Source: Nitrospinota bacterium (GTDB lineage Bacteria; UBA8248). From it: DNA of 22,118 nucleotides. The position numbers and the translations under genes were made by a program. The notes below the pieces were generated by a model. The model saw only the letters and a program-made list of their open reading frames with translations. It was not told the origin of the DNA and ran no database searches. The stretch lies in assembly GCA_046581755.1 (NCBI GenBank), contig JAYGFR010000140.1, positions 1 through 22,118 of the forward strand, given 5' to 3'. This document shows positions 1 through 7,534 of this stretch, piece after piece (position 1 is the stretch's first letter; the number at the start of each line of letters is the position of its first letter).

Positions 1-1232
1 CCCTTGAAAAAGGCAGCGGCCAGTATTTCGTCCTTGCTCCAAAAACCCGCGAGCGGCGGAACCCCGGCGATGGCGACCGCGCCAATCACGAACGTCCAGT
101 AGGTGATGGGCAAACGCGACCTCAGTCCGCCCATATAGCGCATATCCTGTTGTTGATCGGCTGGCGCCTGGTGGAGCGCGTGGATAACGCTTCCGCTGCC
201 CAAAAAGAGCAGGCCCTTGAAGAAGGCGTGGGTCATGAGGTGAAAAATCCCCGCCCCGAATGCGCCCACGCCCATGGCCATGAACATGAAGCCGAGCTGG
301 CTCACCGTACTGTAGGCAAGTACGCGCTTGATGTCGTTTTGAACGAGTCCGATGGAGGCCGCGAATATCGCCGTGACCGCGCCAACGACGGCGATGACCT
401 CGAGCGCCCCGGTGCCCATCACATAGATGTGGCTCGACCGCGCCACCATGTAGACCCCGGCCGTCACCATGGTGGCCGCATGGATGAGGGCGCTGACCGG
501 AGTGGGGCCTTCCATCGCGTCCGGGAGCCAAACATAGAGCGGAATCTGGGCGCTCTTTCCGACCGCGCCGATGAACAGGAGCAGGCCGATGGCGGTTGCC
601 GTCGACTCCATCATTTTCGGCGCCGCCCGGAAAACTTCTTGATAAACCAGGCTGTCCGTGCTGATCCAGATGAGGAACATCCCCATGAGGAATCCCGCAT
701 CCCCGATGCGGTTGACGATGAACGCCTTTTTCCCGGCATCGGAGGCGGATTTCTTTTCGAACCAGAAACCGATCAGGAGATAGCTGCAAAGCCCCACACC
801 CTCCCAACCGACGAACATGAGCAGGTAGTTGTCGCCCAGGACGAGGATGAACATCGATAGCATGAAGAGATTCAGGTAGGCGAAGAACCGGGGATAGCCG
901 GGATCGCCCTGCATGTATCCGACCGAGTAGATATGGACCAGGAAGCCCACGCCCGATACGACGAGGAGCATGATCGTACTCAGGGGATCGATCAGGAAGC
1001 TGACCGACACCGAAAACTTGCCCGCGTCGATCCAGGGCCACAGGGTGACCGTTCCGCCCTTGCCGGCGCCGAAGATCATCTCGGCCGCGATTACGAGAAC
1101 GACGAGGAACGAGAGCCCCGCCATCGCCGATGCGATGAGGCCCGCCTTGTCCCGGGTGCGGGAGCCGAAGCAGCCGTTGATAATTGCGCCCACCGCCGGA
1201 AACAGCGGAATGAGCCAGGCAAGTCCAATCAT
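1..1232 (-). CDS. nuoL: Complex I-like antiporter subunit L, second operon; 5' part only, truncated by window edge (about 410 codons visible)
   Basis: Absent from the ORF track because no stop lies in the window; translated by hand. ATG at 1232 follows TAGGAATCGC. Reads MIGLAWLIPLFPAVGAIING...FVGWEGVGLCSYLLIGFWF...GKSAQIPLYVWLPDAMEGPTPVSALIHAATMVTAGVY...HLMTHAFFKGLLFLGSGSVIH...GFWSKDEIL, all NuoL signature motifs. Confidence 0.96.
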   Translation of the reverse strand, partial: MIGLAWLIPLFPAVGAIINGCFGSRTRDKAGLIASAMAGLSFLVVLVIAAEMIFGAGKGGTVTLWPWIDAGKFSVSVSFLIDPLSTIMLLVVSGVGFLVHIYSVGYMQGDPGYPRFFAYLNLFMLSMFILVLGDNYLLMFVGWEGVGLCSYLLIGFWFEKKSASDAGKKAFIVNRIGDAGFLMGMFLIWISTDSLVYQEVFRAAPKMMESTATAIGLLLFIGAVGKSAQIPLYVWLPDAMEGPTPVSALIHAATMVTAGVYMVARSSHIYVMGTGALEVIAVVGAVTAIFAASIGLVQNDIKRVLAYSTVSQLGFMFMAMGVGAFGAGIFHLMTHAFFKGLLFLGSGSVIHALHQAPADQQQDMRYMGGLRSRLPITYWTFVIGAVAIAGVPPLAGFWSKDEILAAAFFK

Positions 1233-1239
1233 GCGATTC

Positions 1240-1542
1240 CTACCACTTCAAAAGGTTGACTTCGTCTACGTTGAGGACCGTCCGGTCCCGGTTCAGGGCG
1301 ATCAAGATGGCCAGGCCCACGGCCGCCTCGGCCGCCGCCACGGTGATAACGAAAATGGCGAACACCTGGCCCGCCATATCTCCCCACTGGCGCGAGAAGC
1401 CGACGAAGGTGATGTTCACGGCGTTCAGCATCAACTCGATGCTCATCAAGATGATGATGGCGTTTCGCCGCATCAAAACGCCCGCGGCCCCGATCACGAA
1501 CATGATCGCGCCCAGCGCCAGATAATGAGAAAGAGGAACCAT
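1240..1542 (-). CDS. nuoK: Complex I-like subunit K, second operon
   Basis: 100 aa with 3 TM segments; [19 protein letters not shown] and [11 protein letters not shown] retain both conserved Glu residues. Confidence 0.97.
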   Translation of the reverse strand: MVPLSHYLALGAIMFVIGAAGVLMRRNAIIILMSIELMLNAVNITFVGFSRQWGDMAGQVFAIFVITVAAAEAAVGLAILIALNRDRTVLNVDEVNLLKW

Positions 1543-1559
1543 CTAAATTCTCCCAGCCC

Positions 1560-2078
1560 TTACCGTTCGATTGTCCGCTTTGCGAGGACGATGGCGCCGA
1601 TCATGGCCGCCAGCAGCAGCACCGATGCCACCTCGAACGGAAACAGATACTTCGTATAGAGAACCGACCCGAGGGCCTCGACGTTTCCCGGGGTTGCCCC
1701 GAGGGTCCATGCATACCCTTTAAACGCCGGATAAGCCGTTCCCCGCCCCAGGACCGTCCAAACCTCGGCCGCCAGAACCAGGGCGGCGATGACCACAAAG
1801 AAACTTTGGCGGTGATACTGGCGCAGCCGCACGGATATTTCCACGTTCATCAACATGATGGAAAACAGGTAGAGCACCATAATGCCGCCCACGTAGAGCA
1901 GAATCTGGACCACCGCCAGGAATTCGGCCCCGGCCACGACGTACACCCCGGCCAGGAAAAAGAACGTCAGCACAAGCAGCAGCGCCGCGTGGATGACGTT
2001 CGATCGGGTCACCATCAGGAGCGAGGCTCCGATGATGCCGGCCGCGAACATATAAAAGAACAGTTTTTCGAATTCCAA
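1560..2078 (-). CDS. nuoJ: Complex I-like subunit J, second operon
   Basis: 172 aa hydrophobic protein; AEFLAVVQILLYVGGIMVLYLF and YLFPFEVASVLLLAAMIGAIVLA; TTG start with GAGG upstream. Confidence 0.95.
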   Translation of the reverse strand: MEFEKLFFYMFAAGIIGASLLMVTRSNVIHAALLLVLTFFFLAGVYVVAGAEFLAVVQILLYVGGIMVLYLFSIMLMNVEISVRLRQYHRQSFFVVIAALVLAAEVWTVLGRGTAYPAFKGYAWTLGATPGNVEALGSVLYTKYLFPFEVASVLLLAAMIGAIVLAKRTIER

Positions 2079-2096
2079 AATTCTCGCCTCGCCCGG

Positions 2097-3065
2097 CTAT
2101 TCGATAAAGAGAAACTTCACCAATCCGGTCAGGAAAATATTCAGGATCACGAGCGGGAACATGAACTTCCACCCCAACCGCATCAGCTGATCGTAGCGGT
2201 AGCGGGGAAGGGTCGCCCGAATCCAGATGAACACAAATATCAAGACCGCCAATTTTATCAGGTACCAGACGAAACCGGGCAGCGGAATGCCCGGGATTCC
2301 GTGCCATCCGCCCAGGAACACCGAGATGCCGATGGTCGATATCGCCATGATGTTGGCGTACTCGGCCAGGAAGAAAAAGGCAAATTTCATCCCGCTGTAC
2401 TCGGTGTGGAAACCGGCCACGAGTTCGGTTTCCGCCTCGGGCAGATCGAAGGGAATGCGGTTCGTCTCGGCCAGCGCTGCGACGAAAAACACGATGAACG
2501 CCAAGGGCTGATAAAATACGAACCAGCCTCCCGCCTGGGCCTCCACGATCATTTTCAGATTGAGCGAACCGGCCAGCATGAGCGGCCCGATGAGGGAGAA
2601 GCCCAGAAAAATTTCATAGCTCAGCATCTGGGCCGCACTGCGCAGCGCGCCAAGGAGGCTGTATTTGCTGTTCGAGGCCCAGCCCGCCATGACGATGCCG
2701 AATACGCCCAGCGAACTCACCGCCAGAACGAGGAAAATTCCAACGTTGACCTGGGTGATGTAGAAGTTGGGATCGAAGGGAAGCACCGAGTAGACCACGA
2801 ACGCCGGCACCAGCACCATAATGGGCGCGATGACGAAAACGATCTTGTCCGCCTTGTCGGGGATGATGTCTTCCTTGAGGAAGAGCTTGAGCCCGTCGGC
2901 GATGGGCTGGAGGAGCCCGTGCCAGCCGACGCGCATGGGGCCCAGGCGCATCTGGATATGCCCTATGATCTTGCGCTCCAGGTAGGTCAGGTACGCCACC
3001 ACCAGGGATATCGCGCCGAGGACCATCGCAATCTTGATAAAGGCGGCAAGTAGTTCAGCAATCAT
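2097..3065 (-). CDS. nuoH: Complex I-like subunit H, second operon
   Basis: 322 aa; [67 protein letters not shown]. Confidence 0.97.
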   Translation of the reverse strand: MIAELLAAFIKIAMVLGAISLVVAYLTYLERKIIGHIQMRLGPMRVGWHGLLQPIADGLKLFLKEDIIPDKADKIVFVIAPIMVLVPAFVVYSVLPFDPNFYITQVNVGIFLVLAVSSLGVFGIVMAGWASNSKYSLLGALRSAAQMLSYEIFLGFSLIGPLMLAGSLNLKMIVEAQAGGWFVFYQPLAFIVFFVAALAETNRIPFDLPEAETELVAGFHTEYSGMKFAFFFLAEYANIMAISTIGISVFLGGWHGIPGIPLPGFVWYLIKLAVLIFVFIWIRATLPRYRYDQLMRLGWKFMFPLVILNIFLTGLVKFLFIE

Positions 3066-3088
3066 ATCCTGTAAAAAATCCCTCTCCT

Positions 3089-3111
3089 CCTGGAGCCGGG
3101 CCGGCCCCAGG
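3089..3111 (-). other. GC-rich stem-loop between nuoD-2 and nuoH-2
   Basis: mRNA strand CCTGGGGCCG-GCC-CGGCTCCAGG forms a 10-bp stem with one G.U pair, followed by AGGAGAGGGATTTTTT. Confidence 0.45.
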
Positions 3112-3113
3112 GG

Positions 3114-4256
3114 CTATCTGTCGCACTCTCCCAGGACGATATCGATGCTGCCGATAATCGAGATTACGTCCGCCAAAAGCACGCCCACGCAAAGCTTTTT
3201 CAATCCGGCGAGATGGATGAACGAGGGCGGCCGGATACGTACGCGGTAGGGCGTCTCCGTCCCATCGCTCACGACATAAAATCCGAACTCGCCCTTGGGG
3301 TTTTCGATGCTGTGATAAATCTCTCCCGCCGGAGGTTTGATCGTGCGCGGCGTCTTGCAGCTCACCGGCCCCTCCGGAAGCATGTCGAGGCATTGGTTGA
3401 TGATGTGCGCGCTCTGGCGCATCTCGATGATGCGGACCAAGTAGCGGTCGTACACATCGCCGTTCTCGCCGATGGGCACCGTGAAATCCACAAACGGGTA
3501 GGCGGCGTAGGGCTTCGCGCGCCGAAGGTCCCACTTCACCCCGGAGGCCCGGAGAATGGGCCCCGTCATGCCGTAATCCATGGCGTCTTCGGCCGAAATA
3601 ACGCCGACCCCGCGCGTCCGCTGAATCCATATGCGGTTCTCGGTCAACAGGGTCTCGTAGTCGTCCACCCGGCTCGGGAAGATATCGATAAACTCCTGGG
3701 CCTCGGTCAGGAACTGGGGAGGAACGTCCTGGTACAGCCCTCCCAGGCGGAATGCGTTCACGGTGAGACGCGCCCCGAAGGCCCTCTCGAACAAATCGAG
3801 CACCATCTCGCGCTCGCGGAAGCACCAAAGAAAAACCGTCATCGCGCCAATATCGAGCGCGTGGGTGGCCAGCCACAAGAGATGGCTTGCGATCCTGGAA
3901 AGCTCGGCGACCATGGTTCGGATAAAGAGCGCCCGCAGCGGGATTTCCCAATCGAAAAACGACTCAACCGCCTGAACCCAGGCCAGGTTGCTCGACGGGG
4001 CGGCGATGTAGTCGAGCCTGTCCGTATAGGGGATGAACATCGTGTAGGTGAGATTTTCCCCCATCTTCTCGGTGCCCCGGTGAAGGTAGCCAATGTCGCA
4101 ATCGAGGTCCTTGACCGTCTCGCCTTCGAGTTTGAGGATGACGCGGAGCACCCCGTGCGTGCTGGGATGCTGCGGCCCCATGTTGATGACGAGTTCCTCG
4201 GTCCCCGGCACCGTGCTGATGCGCTCTATCCGGGAAGAAGAATCCACTCCGACCAT
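3114..4256 (-). CDS. nuoD: Complex I-like subunit D, short form, second operon
   Basis: NMGPQHPSTHGVLR, GYLHRGTEK, DRLDY, ENPKGEFG, DIVLGECDR. ATG at 4256 is preferred over TTG at 4259 because of the GGGAG site upstream. No NiFe CxxC motifs. Confidence 0.96.
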   Translation of the reverse strand: MVGVDSSSRIERISTVPGTEELVINMGPQHPSTHGVLRVILKLEGETVKDLDCDIGYLHRGTEKMGENLTYTMFIPYTDRLDYIAAPSSNLAWVQAVESFFDWEIPLRALFIRTMVAELSRIASHLLWLATHALDIGAMTVFLWCFREREMVLDLFERAFGARLTVNAFRLGGLYQDVPPQFLTEAQEFIDIFPSRVDDYETLLTENRIWIQRTRGVGVISAEDAMDYGMTGPILRASGVKWDLRRAKPYAAYPFVDFTVPIGENGDVYDRYLVRIIEMRQSAHIINQCLDMLPEGPVSCKTPRTIKPPAGEIYHSIENPKGEFGFYVVSDGTETPYRVRIRPPSFIHLAGLKKLCVGVLLADVISIIGSIDIVLGECDR

Positions 4257-4278
4257 CAAAATTTCTCCCGCATCGATT

Positions 4279-4342
4279 CAACCGCTCAACTTACCCAACT
4301 GCTCAACTTAAATAGCGCCGCACCCGGCCATTCAAACTTAAA
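4279..4342. repeat. Short direct-repeat tract in the nuoC-2/nuoD-2 spacer
   Basis: CAACCGCTCAACTTA (4279-4293) and CAACTGCTCAACTTA (4296-4310); CAAC recurs with 8/9/8-bp spacing; related TCAAACTTAAA at 4332-4342. Confidence 0.6.
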
Positions 4343-4357
4343 ACGGGACCGCTGGCG

Positions 4358-4945
4358 CTAATCGCCGATTTCCTTGCGCTTGGGTTTCGTGTACACCCGC
4401 TCTCCTAGGCCCTCGAGAGGATAATCCTTGCGGAGCGGATGGCTCCCCCAATTCTCGGGAAGGAGAATCCGGCGGGGGTCCGGGTGGTCCTTGAAACCGA
4501 CGCCGAACAGGTCGATGACCTCGCGCTCCATCCAGTTGGCGCTGGACCACACCTCCGACAAGGTGGGGACATCCTGCCTCTCTTTCACCTTCACCTTCAG
4601 GCGGAGGAGGCGACCATGATCGATGCTGACCAACTGGTAGACAATCTGAAACGGCTTCTCGTCGTCCGGATAATGGACGGCGGCCAAATCGGTCAAAATC
4701 TTGAAGCTCGAATCCGGGTGATCGCGCAGAAGGGTGGCCACCTTCACCAGCGCGTCCTCCTTGAGGACAAACGTGGCCTCATCCTCCCGGTCCTCGTATG
4801 CCGTCACTTCGAGGATCGCGTCCGGGTACTCGGCCTCGACCAAATCCCTGAGCGCCTGCCCGGGAGGCGTCTTCGGCGCCACGGGCGCTTCGGCCTCTTG
4901 GGCATTTTCTCCGTTCGCTTCTCCGGCTACGGCCTCGTCTGGCAT
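4358..4945 (-). CDS. nuoC: Complex I-like subunit C, second operon
   Basis: 195 aa; WSSANWMEREVIDLFGVGFKDHPDPRRILLP...HPLRKDYPL; acidic N-terminal extension. Confidence 0.96.
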   Translation of the reverse strand: MPDEAVAGEANGENAQEAEAPVAPKTPPGQALRDLVEAEYPDAILEVTAYEDREDEATFVLKEDALVKVATLLRDHPDSSFKILTDLAAVHYPDDEKPFQIVYQLVSIDHGRLLRLKVKVKERQDVPTLSEVWSSANWMEREVIDLFGVGFKDHPDPRRILLPENWGSHPLRKDYPLEGLGERVYTKPKRKEIGD

Positions 4946-4955
4946 CTTTGGGAAT

Positions 4956-5447
4956 CTACGCCGCCGAACGACTCCTGCGGACGAACCTTTCTTGCTCGAT
5001 CTTTTTCTGAAGCTGCATTACGCCCCACATCAAGGATTCCGGGCGGGGGGGGCATCCCGGGATATACACATCGACGGGGATGATCTCGTCCACCCCCTGC
5101 ATCACAGCGTAATTCGCGTACGGCCCGCCGCACGTCGAACAATTGCCCATCGAAATGACCCACCGGGGCTCGGGCATCTGGTTGTAAACCCGGAGGATGG
5201 CATCGCCCATTTTGTGGGTCACAGTCCCGGCGATGATGATGACGTCCGATTGCCTGGGAGAGGCCCGGAAAATGACCCCGAAGCGGTCGAAGTCGTACCG
5301 CGCGGCCCCGGAGGCCATCATCTCGATGGCACAGCACGCCAGGCCGAACGTCATCGGCCAAAGCGAGCTTTTCCGGGCCCATGCCACCAGGCTGTCGAAT
5401 TTCGTGGTGATAAAATTATCGCCGAGCTTTCCGTCGATTAAGCCCAT
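4956..5447 (-). CDS. nuoB: Complex I-like subunit B (N2 cluster), second operon
   Basis: Likely start is ATG at 5447 (MGLIDGK...), overlapping the nuoA stop by 10 bp; the track ORF is over-extended. Motifs [36 protein letters not shown]. Confidence 0.96.
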   Translation of the reverse strand: MGLIDGKLGDNFITTKFDSLVAWARKSSLWPMTFGLACCAIEMMASGAARYDFDRFGVIFRASPRQSDVIIIAGTVTHKMGDAILRVYNQMPEPRWVISMGNCSTCGGPYANYAVMQGVDEIIPVDVYIPGCPPRPESLMWGVMQLQKKIEQERFVRRSRSAA

Positions 5448-5833
5448 TCCAGCGCTCCCTTCCGCCAGGCATAAAAATAGCCGACGAGTAGAATCGCGAT
5501 GAACAGCATCATTTCCACAAACCCGAAGAGACCCAAGGCATCGTATTTCACCGCCCAGGGAAAAAGGAACATGGCCTCTACATCGAAGAGGAGAAACAAA
5601 ATACCGAGGAGATAAAAACGGATCGAAAACCGCTCGTGAGCCTCCATGAGCGGGGGCATTCCGCACTCGTAGGGAGCCAGCTTTTCGGGATTGGGCTTGT
5701 GCGGCCGGATGATGAAGGCGGCCAGCAGAGTCCCGCCGGCGAAGCCGAGAGCCACAAGCAAGAAGATGAATAACGGAACGTATCCGTTAATCACGCTGTA
5801 ATCGCCAAAAAACGCAGCTAAGAACTCCTGCAA
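5438..5833 (-). CDS. nuoA: Complex I-like subunit A, second operon
   Basis: [43 protein letters not shown]. Start uncertain: TTG at 5833 has GAGGT 5 nt upstream; the alternative is GTG at 5845. Confidence 0.93.
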   Translation of the reverse strand: MQEFLAAFFGDYSVINGYVPLFIFLLVALGFAGGTLLAAFIIRPHKPNPEKLAPYECGMPPLMEAHERFSIRFYLLGILFLLFDVEAMFLFPWAVKYDALGLFGFVEMMLFIAILLVGYFYAWRKGALEWA

Positions 5834-5980
5834 ACCGTACCTCACTCAGGCTCGAACATTGGTATGCGGGCTCCGGAATTTTTTATGCGTCTACCCGTAA
5901 ATACCCGGCTGATTATGAATACGCCACGAGGGCGAAAATGGTCTAAGCTTTTGTATATCTTCTTCATTCCACGTGTTGTG

Positions 5981-6008
5981 ACTATACCACGGGAAATGGG
6001 CAAATCAA
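5981..6008 (-). promoter_or_regulatory. Putative sigma70 promoter of the second operon (extended -10)
   Basis: Minus strand TTGATT-N16-TATAGT with TGn immediately before the -10 (TGGTATAGT), in an AT-richer spacer. Confidence 0.6.
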
Positions 6009-6028
6009 AGCCCAACCGCCCCGGCCGC

Positions 6029-7534
6029 CTAGTTCAAAAGGAGGCTCGAGTGCCGGGCGAGTTCCATCACCACGCCCGGGAACAACCCCAGATTCAGGGT
6101 GGCGATAACCGCCAAAAACAAGGCGAAAAAAGCGTATGGCCCCGCCCAGTCCGCCGCCCCCGGACCGGGGTGCTCCTCCCCGCCGGCGGCGGGCTCATTC
6201 ATGTACATCAACACCACCAAGCGGAGATAGTAATACACCGATACCACGCTGTTCAGGACCGCCACCACAACCAGCCATACATGGCCCGTCTCGATCGCCG
6301 CGCTGAAAATGTAAAACTTTGCGACAAATCCGCCCGTGGGAGGCAGGCCGGCCAACGAAACCATGAAAATCGCCATCGCGGCGGCCAGAACCGGTCGGGT
6401 GAATCCCATCCCGGCGTAATCCTCAATCTCGGTCCGCTCTCCGCCGCCCGCTCCCGCCACGGTCACCACGCAAAACGCACCCAAGTTCATGAACGCATAG
6501 ACGAGCAGATAGTACAGAAATCCGCCCGTGGCCAGGGTCCCGCCCTCGCTGGCAGATACCAGGGCGACCAGGATGTATCCCGAATGGGCGATGCTGGAGT
6601 AGGCCAACATTCGTTTTATGTTCGATTGCCAGATGGCCACCACGTTGCCCACCGTCATCGTTATGGCCGCGATGATCCAAAGGACCGTGACGAAATTCGG
6701 GCCCGAAAAATCCGAAACCGTCAGCACAATCCGGAAAAACGCCGCGAATGCGGCCGCCTTCGGCCCCACCGACATAAACGCCGTCACCGCCGTGGGCGAG
6801 CCCTCATAGACGTCCGGCGTCCACATGTTGAACGGAACCGCCGCCACCTTGAAGCCCAGGCCAACGACGAGGAACCCGATACCCAACAGGAACGCCGAAT
6901 TCCGCGATACGGGGTTGGCGCGCAAATGCACCGCGATCTCAGCTAGGTCCACCGATCCCGCCGCGCCGTAAATCATGGCCATCCCGAACAAGAGGAATCC
7001 CGAGGCGAACGACCCGAGGATGAAATATTTCAGCGCAGCCTCGTTCCCCTTCAAATCGAACCGGAGATAGCCCGCCAGCACATAGAGCGAGATCGAGAGA
7101 ATTTCCAGGCCGATGAAGATCATCAGCATATTCCGCGTCCCCGCCATGAGCATCATCCCCGAACTGGCGAAAAGGATGAGCGCGAAATACTCGCCCGCCG
7201 GAGCCTCATCGAGGCTCATTTGAGCGCCGGCGACCAGGACCGATAGAAAACTCGCCAAAAGAATCAGGATAAAAACAAAGGCCGTGAATCTGTCGAATAC
7301 ATACATGCCCCCGAACGAGACGGCCCCGCCCGAGGGGCCGGCCATGGCCCACAGCACCGCGCCGCCGGCGCTGACCAATACCGCCAAGGTCAAGCCGGTG
7401 AGGAATGTCCGGTCCCGCGAGCGGAAAAACGTATCCCAGAGCAAAACCGCAACGGCCCCGACCACCACTATCAGCAGCGGCGACAACTCAAGCCAATGAA
7501 TCGTGGGAATGACGAAGCCGGCGGCCTGTTTCAT
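6029..7534 (-). CDS. nuoN: NADH-quinone oxidoreductase subunit N
   Basis: 501 aa; FIGLEILSISLYVL, EAALKYFILGS, GFKVAAVPFNMWTPDVYEGSP, KRMLAYSSIAHSGY, GLPPTGGFVAKF; ATGA overlap with nuoM. Confidence 0.97.
   Translation of the reverse strand: MKQAAGFVIPTIHWLELSPLLIVVVGAVAVLLWDTFFRSRDRTFLTGLTLAVLVSAGGAVLWAMAGPSGGAVSFGGMYVFDRFTAFVFILILLASFLSVLVAGAQMSLDEAPAGEYFALILFASSGMMLMAGTRNMLMIFIGLEILSISLYVLAGYLRFDLKGNEAALKYFILGSFASGFLLFGMAMIYGAAGSVDLAEIAVHLRANPVSRNSAFLLGIGFLVVGLGFKVAAVPFNMWTPDVYEGSPTAVTAFMSVGPKAAAFAAFFRIVLTVSDFSGPNFVTVLWIIAAITMTVGNVVAIWQSNIKRMLAYSSIAHSGYILVALVSASEGGTLATGGFLYYLLVYAFMNLGAFCVVTVAGAGGGERTEIEDYAGMGFTRPVLAAAMAIFMVSLAGLPPTGGFVAKFYIFSAAIETGHVWLVVVAVLNSVVSVYYYLRLVVLMYMNEPAAGGEEHPGPGAADWAGPYAFFALFLAVIATLNLGLFPGVVMELARHSSLLLN

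Noticed and set aside
3114..4256. Operon 2 as a group 4 [NiFe] hydrogenase (Cys in terminal GECDR, no NADH module)
   Set aside because: The N-terminal RxCxxC position reads DRLDYIA and the C-terminal DPCxxC position reads DIVLGE, so the lone Cys is off-register. NuoB has the complex I-type tandem CC, and nuoA, J and K are present.
4956..5666. Long N-terminal extension of NuoB-2 in the ORF track (likewise NuoB-1 to 20880)
   Set aside because: The extensions overlap nuoA in another frame. Both genes have a plausible ATG at the same 10-bp overlap with the nuoA stop.
1..5845. Operon 2 as a mobile element, recent duplication or pseudogene cluster
   Set aside because: There is no transposase, integrase, tRNA or terminal repeat, all visible frames are intact, and the sequences are clearly diverged from operon 1.
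5995..6009. FNR/CRP-family box at the operon-2 promoter
   Set aside because: Only the TTGAT half-site is present; there is no ATCAA partner at 4-nt spacing.
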